Assembly (NCBI GenBank): GCA_963823885.1
Contig: CAWGNL010000101.1
Coordinates: forward strand, 14,444 to 78,443
Reading direction: 5' to 3'
Length of the DNA stretch: 64,000 nt
From: an uncultured bacterium
GTDB taxonomy: Bacteria; Armatimonadota; UBA5829
Under the pieces are notes generated by a model, which searched no databases, was not told the origin of the DNA, and saw only the letters and a list, made by a program, of their open reading frames with translations. Of the stretch, positions 59,459 to 64,000 are shown one piece after another (position 1 is the stretch's first letter; each line of letters begins with the position of its first letter). The translations under genes were made by a program, and so were the position numbers.

Positions 59459-60602
59459 ATGTTTAAGTGGCGGATTGTTATTGTATCGGTCCTGACGGCG
59501 ATCGCGGTGTCGCAGCTTGGCTGGACGGTGTGCCCCCTTTTCGCCCAGGAAAAGGGAAAGGTCTCTCAAAAAGATCCGGGGAGCGCGGCGCTGTCCAGGA
59601 TCGAGGGTCTGAGTGTCGGCCAAAGGCAGGAGTTTGGCGGGCTGACCGTATTCCCGATCACCGGTGGGAGCATCGGCGGGATCAACTACCTGACGTTCGA
59701 CGATGCCATGCGCAAGGGCGTGCTCATCGTAAGCGAAAAGGGGTCCGGAGAGGTCAATATGGTGTGCGTTCGCAACAAGTCGAGCCAGCCGGTGTTCGTC
59801 ATGGATGGCGAGGAGATCGTAGGCGCCAGGCAGAATCGAATCGTGAACAGCAGCGTGATGATCCCGACAGACAGACTCGTCGAGCCTGCCGGTGAACTGC
59901 GTGGAACACGACCGCTGGATCGGCGCCTCGATGCAGTTCAAAGCCGGCGGGACCCAGCTTTTTGCCAGCGCCCGGCAGGCGAACGATGAAGCCGTAACCA
60001 GAAACTATGCGGCGAGTCCGTCCGAGGGTCCCCAATCGGACCAGACCATGATCTGGAATAAAGTGGCCGGCAAGCGCGCCGCTTTGTCCGTAGGCCCCGA
60101 GTCCGGGCCAATGCACGAGGCATACGCAAAATATGAGGGCGACATCAACGACTACATCAAGCATTTCAGGACGATTGACGGCCAGGTGGGCGCGCTGTTT
60201 GCGATTAATGGCGTCATCATCGGCGCGGACATTTTCGACAAGCACCAGACCTGCGAGAAACTCTTCCCCAAGCTCGTGAAATCCTACGCGCTCGACGCTA
60301 TCGCGTCCAGAGACGCCGCCAAGTCTCACGCGGCGGTTACCGCGCGGCAGGCCAGGGAGTTCCTGCATTCGGCGCTGGCGAAGGGCGTGTCGGTGAGCGA
60401 CTACGCAAGCCCAGGCGAAGGACGCGATGTCCGCATCAAAGGGACGCGAATCAACGGTTCGAGCCTGGTAGACCGAGGTACCCCAGTGCACATTGCGCTG
60501 TTTGCCCTGGCCGAGGAGGCCGATTCGGTCCCGGCGTCCGGCCCAGACTCAGGGATCGGCCCGATTATTCCGGCGACACAGCGAAGAATCTTGCGACAGT
60601 GA
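59459..60602 (+). CDS. DUF6569-like protein with signal peptide; one frame break (~59875)
   Basis: ORFs 59459..59989 and 59892..60602 join as ...NRIVNSSVMIPTDR / SSLPVNCVEHDRWIG... The blocks LTVFPI, YLTFDDAMRKGVLIVSE, VFVMDGEEIVGARQNR and VNCVEHDRW match the family as I remember it. Confidence 0.5.
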
Positions 60603-60642
60603 AGGCGTAAGCGCTCACTCTTCACGAGTGCAGCCCACGTAT

Positions 60643-60834
60643 GCGGCGGGGACGACAAGTCGAGCGTCCGCTTCATCCCGGCGCCTTCGAGTTCCCGCCG
60701 CACGCATAGCACTCACGTCGGGCAGATGCAGACCATGCCCTCTCTCGCGGGCAGAAGGCGCCACGCGTGCAGCGGGAACTCGAAGGGCTTTGTGCCTTGT
60801 GATTATCTCGACTTGTCGTTCCCGCCGCATAGTG
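60643..60834. repeat. Full-length ~190-bp nested-palindrome element, second copy
   Basis: GCGGCGGGGACGACAAGTCGAGCGTCCGCTTCATCCCGGCGCCTTCGAGTTCCCGCCGCACGC...GCGTGCAGCGGGAACTCGAAGGGC...CTTGTCGTTCCCGCCGC. Confidence 0.8.
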
Positions 60835-61172
60835 GTGGTCGCCATTCTCACAAAGAGTGAACTCTTACGACCGCGCGGCGTGTTGACAGTAAGAGTTCAC
60901 GGTCTATGAGTTCAACTTCTCGCACCATGTCATTCCGAACGAATGTGAGGAATCTCAACCTTTCGGATGAGCCTCACGCACCGGAATAAGAATCCAAGCG
61001 CAACGTTGAGATTCCTCGCTACCCGCTCCTAAGAAACTCCCCAGTTTCGGGAACAAGATTCCCGAAACACCGGGGGGTGGGTTTCTTTCCAATGTAACGG
61101 CGACAGCGTCGCCGTCACTTGCTCGGAATGACATATGCGGTGACACGTACTCACAATCCGTGAGTGTTACTG

Positions 61173-61201
61173 TTGACAACTAAACGGGCAATGCGTATAC
61201 T
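61173..61201 (+). promoter_or_regulatory. Sigma70-type promoter (TTGACA-17-TATACT) for the peptide/radical-SAM/ATPase cassette
   Basis: -35 at 61173-61178 and -10 at 61196-61201. The predicted start site is ~61208, about 40 nt before ATG 61247. Confidence 0.55.
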
Positions 61202-61246
61202 CAATTGCAATGGTTGAGTTATCGCGAAGAAAGGAGTAATCGCAAA

Positions 61247-61435
61247 ATGTCAGGACTTATCAGAGTAGCATTCAAGAAACAGGATGTCCGGATTGACAGT
61301 TCCGGTAAGGTCGTTATCGACGATCCAGAACTCACCGAGTTCGTCAAGAAGGTATTGGAGAACTCGGCGAACGAGGGGGATGTCTCCGGCTATTCCAGCG
61401 ACGACATAAACTACAAGTGTAATCCGGGTTGCTGA
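61247..61435 (+). CDS. 62-aa candidate precursor peptide (acidic leader-like region, C-terminal YKCNPGC)
   Basis: MSGLIRVAFKKQDVRIDSSGKVVIDDPELTEFVKKVLENSANEGDVSGYSSDDINYKCNPGC. An AAGGAG RBS lies 9 nt upstream. The stop overlaps the start of a radical SAM gene. The ORF-track start at 61205 would precede the predicted transcription start. Confidence 0.6.
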   Translation: MSGLIRVAFKKQDVRIDSSGKVVIDDPELTEFVKKVLENSANEGDVSGYSSDDINYKCNPGC

Positions 61436-62475
61436 TTAGGAGTAACGCGTCACGTGATCGGTCGGAACAATTGAAACACCGTGTCGACTGCGAACGCGCG
61501 TGGGAACGGGTCGTTGCGGGTTCGCTGGACCCGCGGCGACTCCACCTGATCTTGCTCCCAACTGAAAAATGCAACTTCCGGTGCACGTACTGCTACGAGA
61601 ACCACACGCTGGGGGAGATGAACAGCAGTCAAGTTGCCGCCGTCAAGCAACTGCTGTCCGCGCGAATGCCCGACCTTCGCACGCTCGACATCGAGTGGTT
61701 TGGCGGTGAGCCGCTGCTTGCGCAGCCGGTGATCACGGACATATCCAATCACATCCTCGATGCGATCAGCGGGCGCCCCGAACTCCACTACGCGGCGGGC
61801 ATGACTACTAACGGATTCCTGCTCGATCCGCCCACCTTCGCCCGGCTCACCTCGCTGGGCATCCGCGGGTTTCAGATTTCGCTGGATGGAACAGGCCCGC
61901 GGCACGATCTAACCCGCCGGACCAAGGGCGCCAGTGGCACATTCGATACGATCTGGCGCAACTTGCTGGCCATCCGCCAGGCCTCGGATATCGAAGCCAG
62001 GGTCAAGCTGCGAGTGCACTTCTTTCCCGGCAACCGCGAGGACCTGCCATCACTGCTCGACACGATAGCAGCCGAGTTCGGCGGAGATCAGCGCTTCCGG
62101 GTCCACCTAAAGGCGCTCGGAAGGCTGGGCGGTCCGAACGACGACAGCTTTCCCTGGTTTGCGTCCGAAGACGACAAGTGTTCGGCCGAAAGCATGCTCA
62201 CCTCCAGAGTCCCGGAGCATATGCTTTACCGGATTCCGGAGCCGGCCGTCTGTTATGCGGCGCAAGCCAATTCGCTTGTGATATATCCGGATTGCACCGT
62301 CGGGAAATGCACGGTTGCGCTGGAGGATCCCAGGAACAGGATAGGGGTATTGGGCGTGGACGGCGCCTTGCGGATAGACCAGGAACTGTTCTCCTCCTGG
62401 ATGGGATGGCTGCGGGAAGATGACCTCGCGTCCGCAAGCTGCCCTTATCGCGAAAGTATTTGCCGGAATGAATGA
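61429..62475 (+). CDS. Radical SAM enzyme with SPASM/twitch-like C-terminal Cys cluster (peptide-maturase-like)
   Basis: LLPTEKCNFRCTYCYE (CX3CX2C), WFGGEPLL, and the C-terminal cysteines CYAAQANSLVIYPDCTVGKCT...SCPYRESIC. The TTG start at 61429 is tentative; the next in-frame candidate is 61471. Confidence 0.75.
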   Translation: MLIRSNASRDRSEQLKHRVDCERAWERVVAGSLDPRRLHLILLPTEKCNFRCTYCYENHTLGEMNSSQVAAVKQLLSARMPDLRTLDIEWFGGEPLLAQPVITDISNHILDAISGRPELHYAAGMTTNGFLLDPPTFARLTSLGIRGFQISLDGTGPRHDLTRRTKGASGTFDTIWRNLLAIRQASDIEARVKLRVHFFPGNREDLPSLLDTIAAEFGGDQRFRVHLKALGRLGGPNDDSFPWFASEDDKCSAESMLTSRVPEHMLYRIPEPAVCYAAQANSLVIYPDCTVGKCTVALEDPRNRIGVLGVDGALRIDQELFSSWMGWLREDDLASASCPYRESICRNE

Positions 62476-64000
62476 AACCCGCTTTTATCAATCTGGTGGT
62501 ACGCTCAGCGCTGATGCCCCGTCCTACGTGGAGCGCCAAGCCGACCACGATCTGTTCACCCAGCTTCTGGCCGGTGAGTTCTGCTACGTCCTGACCGCCC
62601 GGCAGATGGGCAAGTCGTCGCTGATGGTTAGAACGGCCAGGCGGCTGAAGGAATCGGGCGTCTCGGTGGCAGTGCTGGACCTGACAGCTATCGGCCAGAA
62701 CCTCAGCGCCGAGCAATGGTACGATGGCCTGCTGAGCAAACTGGGGCAGCAACTGCGCCTGGAAGACGAAATCGAGCAGTTTTGGACGGATCAGGGCAAC
62801 CTTGGTCCTCTTCAGCGGTTTATGACCGCCATCCGCGACGTAGTGCTGCGTAAGACCGCTGGGCGCGTTACGATCTTCATAGACGAGATAGACCAGGTTA
62901 GAAGCCTCGCTTTTCCCACGGACGAGTTCTTCGCTGGCATCCGCGAATGCTACAACCGGCAGGCCAGCGACCCGGTTTTCGAGCGGCTGACCTTTTGCCT
63001 GATTGGAGTTGCAACTCCGGCAGACCTGATCGCGGATGTTCGGACCACTCCGTTCAACATAGGTCGCCGTATCGAACTGGGTGATTTCAAATATGAAGAG
63101 GCCCTGCAATTAGCCCGGGCGCTGGCGCGGGATTCGGAGGTCGCCAATGCGCTCTTGAAGAGAGTGCTGTATTGGACCGGTGGACATCCTTACTTAACGC
63201 AGAAGCTCTGCATGGAACTGTCCGCTCGCACGGTGACAGGCGCGGCTGAGGTGGATAAGGTATGCGATGATATCTTTCTTTCGCGAAAGGGCCGCGGAAC
63301 CGACGATAACCTGGTATTTGTCCAAAACCGAATCCTGAAGTGCGAGGGCGAAGTCGCCGATGTTCTCGATACATACCGGCAGTTTATCCGCGGCAAGCAC
63401 GTAAAAGACGATGAGTCCAGCGCCGTGGTTGCTGTTCTGCGGCTGTCCGGAATAGTGCGAGTCCACGATGGCTGGCTCGAGATTCGCAACAGGATCTACT
63501 CCCGAGTGTTCGACCGAAGCTGGGTGACGCAGAACATGCCGGGAGCCGAGATCCGTCGTCAGCGGAGAGCCTACGTGCAGGGATTGCTGAGGGCCGCGCT
63601 GGTTTTCGGTGTCTTCCTGGCTGTAGCGGGCATTCTGGCTATCAGCGCAAACCGGGAGCGGAATCGAGCGGAAACGGCGCTTGCGCAGGCGCGCCGCGAT
63701 CGCGATGCGGCCAGGGATGCTTTGTCGCGCGAGAGCGCGGCAAAATGGTCCGCGCGCGCTTTCGCGCGAGTGGCGCTGGCCAAGTCAGCGGATGCGCAGC
63801 GCGCGGCTGAACAGGCGAAGAAGTTGGCACAGGAAAAAGGCCGCTTACTCGAAAACGGGACTTGGGCGGCGGATAGCGGCCCTCGATCCCTTCAAATCCT
63901 GCTGGAACGGGGACGGGCTCAACTCCGCAAAGGCCAGGCGCTGCAGGCTTCACTCAGCCTCAGCCAGGCATACTCGCGAGGAAGTAAAGACCCGGCTTGC
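62468..64000 (+). CDS. AAA-like (AAA_35/STAND-type) ATPase with TM helix and coiled coil; 3' end outside the window
   Basis: Not in the ORF track because it is open at the window edge. MNETRFYQSGGTLSADAPSYVERQADHDLFTQLLAGEFCYVLTARQMGKSSLM (P-loop), RVTIFIDEIDQV (Walker B), ...YWTGGHPYLTQKLC..., TM LVFGVFLAVAGILAI, then an Arg/Ala-rich coiled coil. ATG 62468 overlaps the radical SAM stop by 8 nt. Confidence 0.7.
   Translation, partial: MNETRFYQSGGTLSADAPSYVERQADHDLFTQLLAGEFCYVLTARQMGKSSLMVRTARRLKESGVSVAVLDLTAIGQNLSAEQWYDGLLSKLGQQLRLEDEIEQFWTDQGNLGPLQRFMTAIRDVVLRKTAGRVTIFIDEIDQVRSLAFPTDEFFAGIRECYNRQASDPVFERLTFCLIGVATPADLIADVRTTPFNIGRRIELGDFKYEEALQLARALARDSEVANALLKRVLYWTGGHPYLTQKLCMELSARTVTGAAEVDKVCDDIFLSRKGRGTDDNLVFVQNRILKCEGEVADVLDTYRQFIRGKHVKDDESSAVVAVLRLSGIVRVHDGWLEIRNRIYSRVFDRSWVTQNMPGAEIRRQRRAYVQGLLRAALVFGVFLAVAGILAISANRERNRAETALAQARRDRDAARDALSRESAAKWSARAFARVALAKSADAQRAAEQAKKLAQEKGRLLENGTWAADSGPRSLQILLERGRAQLRKGQALQASLSLSQAYSRGSKDPAC

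Noticed and set aside
4644-60602. Programmed ribosomal frameshifting or selenocysteine recoding as an explanation for the broken genes
   Set aside because: The breaks occur in many unrelated gene families at non-homologous positions. They have no shared slippery heptamer plus downstream structure, and no in-frame TGA pattern with SECIS-like hairpins. Indel error or decay is far more parsimonious.
61205-61246. Upstream ATG (MQWLSYREERSNRK...) as start of the small peptide
   Set aside because: It lies at or before the transcription start predicted from the TTGACA-17-TATACT promoter and has no RBS. ATG 61247 has AAGGAG at ideal spacing.

Overview
GC-rich bacterial chromosomal window. I saw no rRNA, cas, transposase, integrase or reverse-transcriptase genes. 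Left to right: trigger factor (partial), 4 tRNAs, an SDR, a PLD-family protein and an [FeFe]-hydrogenase. Then a PEP-CTERM/exosortase surface-polysaccharide locus: Wza-like exporter, five PEP-CTERM proteins, an ArnT-like and two GT4 glycosyltransferases, EpsI and exosortase. Then an OmpR-type regulator, DUF305, a UbiA prenyltransferase, fabZ, a GH78-like glycosidase with a long Arg-rich tail, and a ~1,640-codon secreted protein. The conserved minus-strand string obg-proB-proA-nadD-(LCP)-rsfS follows, then a flavoprotein, a degenerate cheA/mcp pair, pepF, an H+-pyrophosphatase, an ECF sigma/anti-sigma pair and a DUF6569-like gene. Three things stand out. (1) At the right edge, a self-promoted, translationally coupled cassette: 62-aa Cys-terminated peptide, radical SAM/SPASM-like enzyme, membrane-anchored AAA/STAND-like ATPase. 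This is my best candidate for an undescribed system. (2) Several families of nested palindromic, MITE-like repeats. At two gene junctions a double-hairpin core is flanked by ~70-75 bp direct duplications of the host gene boundary. One of these sites has grown into a 1.5-kb array of 10 extra copies of a gene start. (3) A 317-bp highly structured non-coding element occurs as two inverted copies, and an empty insertion site is also visible in the window. Caveat: more than 20 reading-frame breaks interrupt otherwise good genes (about one per 3 kb). From sequence alone I cannot separate assembly indel errors from real decay, so many CDS are reported as frameshifted. All family assignments come from motif recognition by eye, not from database searches.
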